Assembly: GCF_001194135.2 (NCBI RefSeq)
Contig: NC_068989.1
Location: 73,786,223 to 73,850,222, forward strand
Reading direction: 5' to 3'
Length of the DNA: 64,000 nt
From: Octopus bimaculoides
Taxonomy: Eukaryota
Below the pieces are notes generated by a model. It ran no database searches. It was not told the DNA's origin and saw nothing but the letters and a program-made list of their open reading frames with translations. Shown piece after piece: positions 38,838-52,205 of this stretch; within the stretch, counting starts at the first letter, position 1; every line of letters begins with the position of its first letter. A program made the position numbers and the translations under genes.

Positions 38838-38925
38838 GAACATAGAAAGAAACAAAGAGAGAGAAAAAGAATGTGTAGTGGCTAACGAAATATCATGGGG
38901 GATGATATATATATATACATATATA

Positions 38926-38961
<36 letters not shown>

Positions 38962-39484
38962 TATAGATATGCATATATCGCGGTGATATGACTGAAGCAA
39001 GTAAAAAAAAAGTTAAAGAGTAAAAGAATACATATAGAGCGTCACTTACTGGGAGCAGAGGCATTTCATTGCCAAAATTTGGAAGAGAGACAGTCATAAA
39101 ACTTTAGTGTTTTGAAGTCAGGTCAACTCACATTACCATATTAGCATTGTGTATAGGGTAGATATTCTCCGCCCTTCTACATACAACAGGCATTCTTTCA
39201 TTGCCTTATTACTTATAACCAGAAATGGCGCTGATGAAAATAGCATTAATTTTCTTTGGACACAGTTGTAAGCCTAACTTGCTCCAATAAAGGAAAAAAA
39301 AAAGCTTTTACCTTACCCCCTTGTTAATATAGTTACTGACGAGACGAGGGAACTAGCTTTAAGAAGGATTCCTGGTGCTGGTCTGCCATATATATAGGTA
39401 ATAGTTATCGTTTCTTATTAGGAAACAATTTAGTTTTTTACAGGGCTGCAAAGACAAGTGCTCAAGTTAATTGAGACAGGGCTA

Positions 39485-40350
39485 AAAACTTATTAGTTAC
39501 AGAATAAAAGCATTACATTTGGGTCAACGACTCAACATACAACAGTCCCCTCAATAAACGATCATATATAAAGAAATACATCAAAGTCCACAAATACATA
39601 AGAAAATATATATAAAAAATAAAATACAACATAAAACCGACAAAATAAAAATTTGTATATATATATTTTTTTCAACTAATAACATACAAATAAATCAAAT
39701 TTGAGTTAAAAATATAACACAATANNNNNNNNNNNNNNNNNNNNNNNNNNNNNNNNNNNNNNNNNNNNNNNNNNNNNNNNNNNNNNNNNNNNNNNNNNNN
39801 NNNNNNNNNNNNNNNNNNNNNNNNNNNNNNNNNNNNNNNNNNNNNNNNNNNNNNNNNNNNNNNNNNNNNNNNNNNNNNNNNNNNNNNNNNNNNNNNNNNN
39901 NNNNNNNNNNNNNNNNNNNNNNNNNNNNNNNNNNNNNNNNNNNNNNNNNNNNNNNNNNAATAAGATAAAATGAAGTAAAATACAATACTATAATAGTCCA
40001 TCGGCTAAAATACTATATCTGATGACACAACTTTAAAATGACAAAAAACTTTGTCTATTTCGAATTTTTAATCGCTTAATTTTATTCGAATTGGTATTAT
40101 AAAAAGATATATGTATTGTGTTATATTTTTAACTCAAATTTGATTTATTTGTATGTTATTAGTAGAAAACAAAAATATATAATTTTTATTTTGTCGGTTT
40201 TATGTCATATTTTACTTTTTATATATAATTTTCTTATGTATTTGTGGACTTTGATGTATTTCTTTATATATGACCGTTTATTGAGGGGACTGTTATATGT
40301 TGAGTCGTTGACCCAAATGTAATACTTTTATTCTGTAACTAATAAGTTTT
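39485..40350. mobile_element. Fold-back element with inverted arms of at least about 240 bp
   Basis: AAAACTTATTAGTTACAGAATAAAAG...ATATAACACAATA (39485-39724, runs into a gap) is inverted at 40114-40350 with scattered substitutions. Confidence 0.85.
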
Positions 40351-41010
40351 ATATATATATATGTGTGTGTGTGTGTATGTATGCCTCTTCTGTATTTAAT
40401 CATTTAAATTCTTCCTCCTGAAGAAGGAGCTGGTTTATAACAGTTATTCAAAGCTCCATCTTTGGAATGTAGATAACGAAAACAATATCGCATTTTAAAC
40501 CTGAGAAAATTCTTGCATAGTTTTACCTTTCCGCTTACAGATTGTATTTATAATGTGCGAATCAGGTGGTTGATTTCTTTTTCTGAAAATCCAAGACATC
40601 TAGACATTTACTTACAAAACTAATTCGGATATAGAAGCTGGAGGTTTCAATGCATTTGTCTACAGTTATCTATATCTCTATATATTTTAATGGATGTATA
40701 TAAATGTGTGTGTGTAAAATCTTACCATGTCTCCCACGTTGGTAAGAAATTTTCTGGGTAATGCTTCTTGGTAAACTCTGACTATTGAATATCCAGTCTT
40801 GAACAGTGTCACATCTAGAAGAGCAGCCCATCTAAAATTGCTCTCAGTACAAATTCTATATCATATTATGCTTTAGAAACTCATCAAAATTAAATATTTT
40901 ATTTCATTCTCCTCTAAACCATCCAATAGCTACTAGTAATAATTAAAACAATAAAACTTACAAACAGGTATTTTGTCTCGTGAGGAATATAATATCTATT
41001 ACAATTGTAA

Positions 41011-41223
41011 GGCAGCGAGCTGGCAGAAACGTTAGCACACCGGGCGAAATGCTTAGCAGTATTTCGTCTGGTTTTACGTTCTGAGTTCAAATTCCGCCGA
41101 AGTCGATTTTGCCTTTCATCCTTTAGGGGTCAATAAATTAAGTACTAGTTGTACACTGGGGGAGATCTAATCAGCTGGCCCCCTCCCCCATAAATTTCTG
41201 GCCTTGTTCCTAGAGCAGAAAAG
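41011..41223 (+). mobile_element. Full-length SINE family A copy (tail type 2)
   Basis: 20-bp TSD AATATCTATTACAATTGTAA at 40991-41010 and 41224-41243. Confidence 0.93.
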
Positions 41224-42690
41224 AATATCTATTACAATTGTAATGTTATAAAATTAGAGATAAGCTTGTGCTCCTCTATATTACTTCTGCATTCAACTTA
41301 GTATTTATTTATTTTCATTAAAGCAACTACACATTTAAAATATATCATATCTGAAACTGTAGATTAAACTGCAAATTAATATATACAAAGTATAAATTAA
41401 TATCGAAGAAACGTTAGTGGAATATAAATATAATCATTTCAACACGGACACAAACAGCAAAAATGAAAAGATTTAAAACCTTTAAATTAGAAATTCATTC
41501 GTGAGAAACAAAGATTAAATGAGACAGAGAGAATGAATGAGTGAACAAGAGTGAAGCGGAGAGATTGAGAGAGACTTAGATTTAGAGAGAGCAAGATATA
41601 TAGTGAGAGAGAGATAGAGAGATGGGGGACAAATTAAGTGAGAGAGTGAGAGAGGGGGAAACAAAGATTTATGTACTTACAACATGAAGATGGGAAAGTG
41701 TTTAGAAAGATTAGCAAGTTACAACAAGGGGAATATCGCGAGAGAAAAGCTGATGCAGTCTAAGAATACATTGAGCATGAACGCATGCATTATCAGTATA
41801 GAAGCTACAGACTAGAGGCTAAATGAAAAGTAAATTGCAACAGATAAAGATAAATGAGATATATATTTGGAATTGGCACAAAAGATAAGATCTAGAATGC
41901 TGAAGTGGAGATAACTTGTGTTATTAGTGAAATAATTTCGTACGACTTGTAACAAAATCTGAAAAATAGATTTATTATAATGTTTGAAGTGTGTACAAGA
42001 ATGGTGTCTGGCAAACCACAGACAAATATACTCAGTGTTGATAATCGAAATCTAAAGCTATTCGTTGCAGCTATTCATTCAGTTGTTGTATCATAAAATT
42101 CTTGTACGGCAGCCAATAGAGCCGTTTATTCGACTTCATAGAAAAAAATATCCAAATTTCACTCAAATCTCGGTCTGTTGTCTTCAAAAATAAAGAGCAG
42201 ACGTATTTGTTAACTGTACTCTAACAAACTACAAATTAAAATAAGCGAGATCGCATGGTCAGAATACCTTAGATCATAGGTTTACTTAATCAGTGCTGAC
42301 TTAGGGTTAACTCACAGAAAATAATTTGAGACTTGCTGGGTATCAAGTGTATCAATGATACATGGAAAGCGATTGAGGAAACCAGGATTTCTCGGGGAGG
42401 GTTTTTGAGGATTCAATAGAGGACAGACCAAATAACTGTTTAATAAAATTAAGATTTAAAAAAGAAACCCATTAACGTGCCTAATTACGTTCCAGATACA
42501 CCTCACTGATGATCTGGAATACATTATTAATGGTATCTCTGGGATGTTAGGATTGCCTTCATCTGTGAACATCAGACTCCTATCTATTGATATCTATCTA
42601 TCTATCTATCTATCTATCTGTCTATGTACCAATCAATATTTACCTACCCTTTACTTGTAGAAATTGAATATACACACATAAATACATACG

Positions 42691-42737
<47 letters not shown>

Positions 42738-42961
42738 GAGATAGAGAGAGGGCAAACTGTTATTGAAAAATCCGAATCCTGCTAAGTTCCCAGAAACATA
42801 ATTGTTAATGCATTCCTGAGCATCGGTGAGGAGATTTTAAATTCTGATGTCTCTCTTCATAACAACGTTTCCTTGCAGGATGACTTTATCCGAATTGTTT
42901 GATTTTCAACTCCCTACGGCAAGTTAATAGTGGTATTTTTTTCATTTGTTACCGAATAATA

Positions 42962-43177
42962 TAGGAGGGGGTGTTGAAAAGTTTCTGGCTTTATGGGTGT
43001 CTCGAATGGCCTGGTTGAAAGGCTCAACATTCCGAGTTCTTTTACAAGGTTTAGAAAAACTGAAAGACCGCTGCAGTGCGTGGATTTGACAGGGGAACAT
43101 GATGAATAAAATTCTAAGTAACCGTTCCTCATGTATTTACTTTTACCCAGTCAGAATCTTTTCAGCATCCCTTCGTG
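42962..43177 (+). mobile_element. Mariner-type internally deleted element / MITE
   Basis: Imperfect TIRs (TA)GGAGGGGGTGTTGAAAAGTTTCTGGCT ... AGTCAGAATCTTTTCAGCATCCCTTCGTG; internal remnant translates KLKDRC/CVDLTGEHDE*, resembling the mariner transposase C-terminus (RW.KC....G.Y.E*). Confidence 0.75.
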
Positions 43178-43984
43178 TGCACGCGCGCGCGCGCACTGAA
43201 AAGTTGCTATTTAGAATGAGATAGCATAACTGCTATGAACGTATATCCAACTTCAATCAAGTATTCAACAATTTGTCTTCTGATTATCTTGTTGTATTAT
43301 ATACATTTGAATGAATGATCAACAGCATATGTATTCCAGTGGAGAATACAAGCCGGGATTTAGTTAAATGCTTTATTATAACATTATAAATTGCATTATA
43401 TTTATACGTATCTCACTAGCGAACTCTAGTTTCACTAACGAAAAATGCCGTTCTCATTTAGCTCTGCACACTAACTGAGGTTAGTGAATAACTATGGAAC
43501 ACATTACTTATTTCATTCAGAAGATCTGGCACTTCAGGATGATTATTGGGTCTCCCAAGGCACAAGCTTTGTTTCAACACGGAATTTCACATCAAGAATA
43601 TTGCAAACCAAATGCAAAGACGATGTATACGCACACAATACACGCACTCACGCATAGTTTATTTTATAAGAATTTACTTCTAACTTTATAGAAGCTGCAG
43701 GAGTTATAAAATAAATAATTTAAACCATGGAATTCAACGGAAATAAATCTATAAATACTAGCATGTAGAAAAACTCTTTGAACAGAGGAAAACTGAAGGT
43801 TGCACATGGGACAGTGCTATTTTGGTATAATGGTTGTCATAACCACAGATGTGGATTTGTGTCCGTCAGGCAACCTACGTCTTTTTTCTATTCAAGATCT
43901 TTTAAACCAATATTCTGCTACATGCTGTTATTTATAATTCTGAAGTTAAAATGATTTATTTAATATCTCTAAGCAAATAATAAT

Positions 43985-44194
43985 GGTTTCAAGTTTGGGG
44001 ATAAGTCTAACAAAGTCAGGGGAGGGGTAAGTCTATTACATAGATTCCTCAGCTTAATTGATTCTTATTTTATCGAGACCGAAAGGACGAGAGGTACAGT
44101 CAATCTTGGAAGAATTTGAGCTCAGAATGTAATGATGGACGAAATGCCGCTAAGCATTCTAACCGGTGTGCTAACGATTCTGAAGCTTACCGCG
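43985..44194 (-). mobile_element. Older SINE family A copy
   Basis: TTATTTTATCGAGACCGAAAGGACGAGAGG...GAATTTGAGCTCAGAATG...GCTAACGATTCTG. Confidence 0.8.
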
Positions 44195-44741
44195 TTTTTC
44201 TAAAGGAATAATAATAAATTCATATAATATAAAGAGTATAAAATTTTCGCTGATAAGAACAGAACTTCCGAAATGACTATATAGACCTCAAAAGCTTTTT
44301 TGGTATAATGGTAGTACATCTGTCATGACTACAGACGATGTCGGTTCGTGTCATGCTTTTGACTTTTTTCTATTTTTTAAAATCAAATATTCTATATGAT
44401 GCTCTTTATACCTTTATCTACTTCGAGTTATAAAGTTGACACGACTTATATATCCACACACACGTATATCGTTTAAACTGTGGAAATCAAAGTAGATAAA
44501 GTTATAAATTGATAGCGTATAATAACTGTGTTAAAGACTATTTCGACAGACAAAAATCGAAGGTATCCTGTGGGATACGTCTCCCGTAATCTTTAAATTC
44601 TTTATGACGTAAATAATATATGTCTGCATGTGTGTGTGAAAATGGTTCATATACTCTTCTCTGCACCGCAGTTCTTGCCTGGACAATATCGATAATCATT
44701 CAAGAAACTATAACTATATGCCAAATGCAGATGTTGGTTCA

Positions 44742-44791
<50 letters not shown>

Positions 44792-46761
44792 GGAATAAAT
44801 GAATACAAAACTAAAAGAAAAGTGGGAGTGAAAAATACCAAACTACTTTCTGTTGATATTTCTTTCAAAACTTTCATTCGTCTGATTCAGCTTTGGTTCT
44901 TAATAAGACTTACTTTTGCTTGAGCAGAAATTGGGAAATGGGGCGTGAGGAGGGGAGGTGTGAGAGAATTCTGAAAACAACGATTCTTTGGAATGTTTTA
45001 TAGTAAAACTGTCAGCAGTGTGTGTATGTGTATGTATAACAATATCTGTGCATGATGTGCACTCGAGGCTTATGTGTGTCCTGCTTTCTGTCTTTATTCC
45101 ATTCATCAACAAATAAGTGTGCAAGTGACAGTGAAATTGTTGAAAAGGCTGTTTAGCGAGCTAAAACGACAAAAAAATTGATAAACTGAAGAATAACTTC
45201 TGTCGTAGAATTTTCAATAGAGAAAGAGATTTGTGTGTTCGGACAATTTGCGCTGTTAGGGATATGCCGTCAGCACATCTGCATCTATTAATAACATATA
45301 TGATTTCGTTGCGTGCTGAAAAGAGCCAAATACATTAAAATATAGCTAGCAACCTGATCCGCAGATCCGGTTTCGATTTCTTGTTGAATCTGCATTCTTT
45401 GATTTAAATTCTTGTTGCTACTAGAAAGAGAGGATGGTCACATTTTGCTAGTTAAATACACGCGCTATAGTGCCTGTATTTAATTGGCAAAATTTGACCT
45501 TTCCCAAGTATATCAATGTCTATTTCAACATACGAATCTTGCAAAACAAATACGTATTCCATTTATCTTTCCTTATAAATATTTGGACGTTTGTATAAAT
45601 AATACAATTGAAGGGGAGAAGGTATATTTTTATGTCTTCTGTGCATGTGACTTGTGCATGTATGCTACGATTTGTCTGTGTTTGAGTGTACCTGAGGAAA
45701 AGACTCTGTGTGTGTGTGTGTGTATGTGTGTACACGCGCGCACAAATATTAAAAAGGCAGATGAGTTGCTGAGAATTTAGAAGCTCGCTTTTCTTTTCCT
45801 CTACAAATATTTGGATTTTCCTTTAAATAATGATTTCTAATTTGCTGGAGTCAATTCTTTATCCTTCTCTCTATCTCTATCCTTACATTGTCTGTAATTC
45901 AAAAGTTCAAACTTATATTGTATATCGCCCTTTTCAACCTTAAAATTGTCTTAAGAGACAACTCATCCATAGAATTGTTCGAGCAAGGATTTAGTTGGTC
46001 GAAGTCAAACAATGGATTACTCAACGTTGAGACCGAAGGAGAATTTTACCGAGGATAAGAACAATTAAGTTGATTTTATTTAATACGCACAGAAAAGAAT
46101 TAAGGCGAGAGAAAAAAAAGAAAAGTATTAGATTTCACTTAAAAATTTTAATTTACTTAGTCTTTTTGCATGATTAAAAGAATTACTACTGGCATTGACG
46201 TGCTGTCCTCACTTTCAATTTATTTCACTAGAACAACAAAGAACGATCTATATTCTTTTCCCAGTTTAGATAAATAAAAAAAAAAATCAATTGAATCTAA
46301 TTCTTTTGATAGGATTAATCAATATGTTAAGAACTAGCAACACGAAATTTTCCTTCTGATGAGTGAAAATGTATTTTCACAAATTATTCATCAAAACTGC
46401 AGGCTTCTATGCAGCTTAGATGAAAAGAAAATGCATGAAAGAAATTAAAAATATATTGCCCCGATTTTGTAGTGTTATTAACGACTAACTACTATTTTAG
46501 ATATTTTAGGCCGTAATTACAGCAACTAAAATATCAGAGATCAGATTTAATTGAAAACATTTTATCTATTATAAACGCTTATAGTCAATTAGAGCTTAGC
46601 TTCTATTAAAACGGATAATTTCTATCGAGGTGATTTATTTCTTCACTCCTCACCCCCATCACCACCACACACAGTCAGCTAAATTATCATACTGGAAACA
46701 AAAGATGAATGCAAAACAAAAAAGAAAACGATAAGGCCACAGCATCAACAAAATTCCGAAC

Positions 46762-46799
<38 letters not shown>

Positions 46800-47020
46800 C
46801 ATACATGATGTTGGACTCACCAGTCGAAGACAACGTATGAACGTTTAGCGTTTGTCGAACGACCTGAACGAATGATTTGTTTATAGTGATCAAGTGTTCC
46901 GTGCTGCACATTAGCTCACTCCCTCCATCAAATCTGAAAAGGTGCACTGTGTACCATGCATTTGTGTTGAAGTGATAGCATAGCAACGCGAGGTGAAGCG
47001 TTTCGCTCAAGAATACAACA

Positions 47021-47254
47021 CAGCGGCGAACTGGCAGAAACGTTAGCACGCCGGGCGAAATGCATAGCGGTATTTCGTCTGCCGTTACGTTCCGAGTTCA
47101 AATTCCGCCGAGGTCGACTTTGCCTTTCATCCTTTCGGGGTCGATAAATTAAGTACCCGTTACGAACCGGGGTCGTTACGCACTGGGGTCGTTACGCACT
47201 GTCTGTCTTTGTTTGTCCCCTCTATGTTTAGCTCCTTGTGGGCAATAAAGAAAT
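47021..47254 (+). mobile_element. Young SINE family A copy nested in an older SINE fragment
   Basis: 12-bp TSD AAGAATACAACA at 47009-47020 and 47255-47266; internal 16-bp slippage repeat at 47159-47201. Confidence 0.92.
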
Positions 47255-47879
47255 AAGAATACAACATACTACTCGGTTTTGGGACTGAAATCTTTTAAAA
47301 GTTCAACGATCAAGAAATAATGTTTACTCTAGCCAGCCAGCCAGACACGTATCCAAAACCAATTCTCCCCAAAATCACACACCAGAGTTTTGAAAAACAG
47401 TAGGGCACACTGAATATTATAGTCGTAGATACTCTTTGCCGCAGTAAGAAACGGAATGGTCCTTGAACTCTTCAAACAACATCAAAAACTGTTGTTCATT
47501 TCAAAGACACTTCAAAATGTCTATAAAGGGTGGCTAAATTGTCTTCAGTAGATGAGTTTGGAGTAACCATACAATCGTTATGTTATTTGAAGAAGACTGA
47601 AATGATAAATCATCGGGTTCACATGCTAGATATATATATAAGATGTACAAATTACAGAACTACTACTATTACTATAATTTTCCGGTTTATTTTCATTTTA
47701 TTTATCTTCCGATCGAGTCTCAACCAGAGACCTAAGGCACGTATATGCTGTGTGTGGTTGCTGTCAATATAACTTTTTGAGTCTCATGGATTGTTGGTTT
47801 CCCAGGGATCTGGTTAGAAATTTTGTCACTATCTTTTTTGATCATTCCAAAGGTACTCACAACTACAGGAATAGTTTTG

Positions 47880-47880
47880 G

Positions 47881-47918
<38 letters not shown>

Positions 47919-47940
47919 TTATTATTATTATTACTATTAT
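47880..47940. repeat. (TAC)n(TAT)n trinucleotide microsatellite
   Basis: TACTACTAC...TATTATTAT run. Confidence 0.95.
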
Positions 47941-48735
47941 TAAGGCGTCGAGCTGTCAGAGTCGATAAAATAAGCACTAAAGTCGACCTTATTGACCTAC
48001 CCTTCCCCCCAAACTTACTAGTCTTATGCCAAAATTTGAAACCACCACCACCACCATCATCATCATCATCGTCATCGTCGTCGTCGTTGTTGTTGTTGTT
48101 GTTATTAAGAAGAAGAAGAAGAAGAAGAAGACGGCGAGCTAACAGAATCGTTTGTACGCAGGGCGAAAAGCTTAGCTATATTTCGTCTGCCTTTACGTTT
48201 TGAGTTCAAATTCAGCCGAGGTCGATTTCGCCTTTCATCCTTTCGGGGTCGATAATTTAAGTACGTGTTGATTACTGGGATTGCTGTAATCGACTAGTCT
48301 GCTTCCCCAAAGTTTCAAGACCTTGTGCTTTTATTAGAATCGATTATTACTATTATTATTATTATTGTAAGACTGATGAAATATTGTGCAAGCCAATTAC
48401 TGTGATCGATGGTATCAACTGTCCCTTCCGTCAAAACTCCTGTTCTTGATCCTGAATTAAAAACAATTACTATCATTATCATAATTAAGGCGGCGAGCTG
48501 GCAAAAATCATTACCCTATCGGACAAAAAGCTAAGAAGTATTTCTTCCGAGTCTTTACTTTCTGACATGAAATGCAGCCGAGATCGATTTTGCCTTTCAC
48601 GCTTCTGGGGTCGGTCAAATAAAGTACCAGCCTTTCATCCCTCTGGGGTTTGGTCAAATAAAGTACCGAGGTAGATGGTATCGATCAACCCTTCATCCCC
48701 AAGACTGCTGGCCGTGTAAATAAATTCGGGACAAT
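47941..48735 (+). mobile_element. Three SINE family A copies or fragments (47941-48043, 48131-48345, 48487-48735) separated by trinucleotide repeats
   Basis: Heads AAGGCGTCGAGCTGTCAGAG, ACGGCGAGCTAACAGAATCG and AAGGCGGCGAGCTGGCAAAAATC, with central-domain matches. Confidence 0.8.
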
Positions 48736-50214
48736 CATTATAATTGTTGTTGTTATATTTCTCTTGTAAGAATGAGATGCATTCGGTTGCAGTTGGATAT
48801 TTACCAAGTGCAAACGAAGAAAAATATTTGTATTTGGATAATTTTCAACAATAAACCTTTTGAAATGATATGGACGTCTGCTTAACATAAAGTTGGAGAC
48901 ATAAAGTCTACCATTTTTGGACATTATTTTAATTTTCTGTTTTTGTTTACATGTAATTCAAAATAGCTTCTCGACAGCTCATTTAAAATATACTGAGCAT
49001 TGAGAAAGATAGCAAAAAGAAAAAGGAATAGGAGGCCAAATTTAATTTGACAGCAGCACCCATCCATCGCACACGGAAGAAATAATTATAATTAATTCTT
49101 AAAGACGTCAATTTAGACAATATGAACGACGCTGTTAACAACAACAACATGCTTTTTGCCAAACGAAGAAATTCTAGCCAAAATTAATACGTGACAGTGT
49201 TGTTTTGGATAACACAGATATGATTAGCAATTATTTCGCTTGCGTTGCTAGCAACGATGGCTAGAACAATATATAACTTAGTAGGGAGAAAAATAAATTT
49301 GACCGAGAAAACGCCTTCCTTCCTGAGGTCCCTATCCAAGAGCAGGCAAAGTTACATATGTTTGAATCTCGAAACATACAGAGGTTTTCCTGATGCTTTC
49401 AAAGCAAGAACTGGCTGGTGTACGGAATAACAACTCTTCCACCTCTGAGGGTAGTGTTTATGGAACCGTATACCTGGTTTTAAAAAAAAACAGTGAACAG
49501 AAAAGGTATTAGGCCGAACCGGTACTTCAAACTTTTATCAATCGGCTTATGCCATATGTGAAGTACGCAACATCAAGGCCATGGTGAAAGACATTGGTGG
49601 TGGTAACGTTTAAACATAATGTGTGGTTGTGTTCGTGACACTTCACGAGTAAGGATTAAATGTCGAAGTGCATAAAGAGATATATAGTCGGAAGTGGCCT
49701 GTGCGAACGTCATCTTCGAGGACCACACAGCCATTTTGGAGCTGTGTTTCGTAGAAGGTGAGGAAAGTAATTCAATGAGTGGCGATGTACCAGCAAGGAC
49801 TGTCGGCAAGCTACCTAGGTTGAAGAGATAAAAGACAAAGGACGAGAGAGAGAGAGAGAGATAGAGAGGGTGGGGTGTGAGTGACACGGAGGGGATGTGT
49901 GTGGGTGTGTACAAGATATCAGCGGACAGAACAATAATACGTTCCAGAAGCTGCATTGTAGTTTCTAGAGTAGCACCGACCTCATCGCTGTTGTTTGCAG
50001 CTACAAGGATGATTAAAAATACTTTTGTCTTCATCATCAGAAACCAATCACCAGGAAGACTTCAGCCAGGAAGTTGACGAGCAGGAAGCTGCTGTTGTGT
50101 ACATCTCATCGTCTTACGATGACGTGGAGGAAATGGAAGATGGAATTGCAAAATGTCAAGGGCTGTGGGAAGAAATCTTTAAATTTGACAAAAGGAAAGC
50201 AAAACAATAAATGT

Positions 50215-50615
50215 AAGAATTATCAGTAGTATGCAAGTAACGTATGCTTCGTAGTATTTCTCCCGATTTCTCTTTTAATTTTTTACGTTTCAAGTTCAAA
50301 TCCTGTCGAATGCAACTTTATTTTTTATTCTTTTGGGATTGATAAAATAAAGTACCACTAAATAATGGGTTCGATATAATCTACCAGCCCAATTCCGCTA
50401 AAACTTCTGGCCTTGTGCTAAAATTTGAAACATTTACTATTGCTACTACTGAGTTGCCAGAATCGATAGCACGCCGGGCAAAATACATAGCGGCATTTCT
50501 TCCGGATTTTTACGTTCTGAGTTCAAATTCCACCAAGGTCGACTTGCCTTTCGGGTTAATAAGTACCAGTTGAGCGCCGAGGTTGAAATCGCAAGCCTTG
50601 TGTCAAAATTTTAAA
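50215..50615 (+). mobile_element. Two degenerate SINE family A copies in tandem
   Basis: GTTCAAATCCTGTCGAATGCAAC...GATAAAATAAAGTACC, then GCCAGAATCGATAGCACGCCGGGC...GGTCGACTTGCCTTTCGGG (internally deleted). Confidence 0.75.
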
Positions 50616-52030
50616 GATTATTGCTATGATCGCATCATCAAAGTCAGTGTCTCTGTTTTAAATTGACCCAATTTCTTTCTAATAGTATTTGTTAATTTCC
50701 ATCATGCCTTCCTTTATTCACCGTTAAATCTCGTAAATTAAAAGCAAAAATTAATATTTCTCTAGAATATGAAAATAACAGAGTGAAAGAAAAATGTCAG
50801 TTGTCTCAAGAATTCGTACCAAACTTGCTGCTGTAAAATAGTATCAAGTATTATATTTGTCATCTATCATCGGTCGGTTATCTGTTATACAACAACATAT
50901 ATGAGCGTATTTAATTCACATATGAGGCTCTAAAGCTGAAACAGTCATTCAGCCTACTCGAAATAACAACCAGGTCCCACCCAGCAGTCCATAGAACATT
51001 TTGATTACTATTTATTGTTGGAAGTTTAAGGCTGACCTTTGCTCTGAATATGTAAGCATGGGCATGATTTATTGAAGATGACATGGAGTTGCCCATGCAT
51101 GCAAGTATCCTCTCATCACGACATTGACGTTTGTCCAAAAGAAAGTACGAAAACCTGGGACAATACACCTTGGAATGAAAGTCTCGCAGGCGTTGCTGTC
51201 AGAACCTAAAGGGTAAAAACAAATATCGCAAAGCATACTGCTTGACCCCTCTCACAGTTACACTAATCCGCCGCTGTGAATTGATACTTTGTATTCGATC
51301 TCGAAATGATGAAAGGCAAAGTTGATCTCTATAAAATTTATAGAAAGCCTTTGCTTGCTGAAAAGGCTGACCAGTGGCTAAACAACAAATATAATATTTT
51401 AAATAAGTTCTATGGCTTTCTGCAATGAAACATTATTGCTTGGACGGTCTTCCAGCTTTGACTATTTGGTCATCTGCTCAGGAATATTATATTTAACACT
51501 GAATTCTTTTGCGTACTCACTCATTTTTTTTCGTGCGTTTAAAAAAAAATTAGTGGTTTTTCTTTTTTAGCTAGACGAAACTGGTGGATAGAGGATTCCT
51601 TATTCACCCGCCAAACAAACGGACTCATTCAAAAAAAGTTTCAACAACAGTAGGCTTTGTAGGAAAAGAGATATAAATAACAAGCATCAACAAGAATAAA
51701 ACAGATGCATAGGGAAATAGCGGCAGCGTCAATAACGTCTTTAACCTCAAAGACTATGATGAGATGTACAACGTAAGTAATAAATGCAGAGAAATAATAG
51801 CTATGATGTTCGAATAATCTCTGCTCACACAGAAAGTGAATCATCAATTATTTCAAACTCCTCAAGGATGATAGAAATTAAGAGGGGAAGTGCTCAAACT
51901 ACTGGAGGTGAGAGGTTCTACGTGGGTACTCAATTTACTAAAAAGTAGCAGCTAAATTTCCTAAAAAAACACTCCGTGATACACAAGATGTTAGAATTGG
52001 CACAACAGAACGCCTCTGATAATAGGTGTA

Positions 52031-52080
<50 letters not shown>

Positions 52081-52205
52081 ACACCATTGAAAGGCGTGAT
52101 GCCGTGGTTTTTGACTGAGAGAATATCTCTTCATAGACATGTTGTGTGAAAAACAACATATTTCGGACCAAAACGAACATCGTCCCATTAGTACCTCACG
52201 AGAAA

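Noticed and set aside
46356-46385. CUGAUGA followed by the GUGAAAAU/AUUUUCAC hairpin
   Set aside because: It is followed by AAAU rather than GAAA, and there is no stem I or III.
47823-48203. ORF with poly-L, poly-P, poly-S and poly-R runs resembling a signal or transit peptide
   Set aside because: It derives entirely from trinucleotide microsatellites and a SINE fragment.
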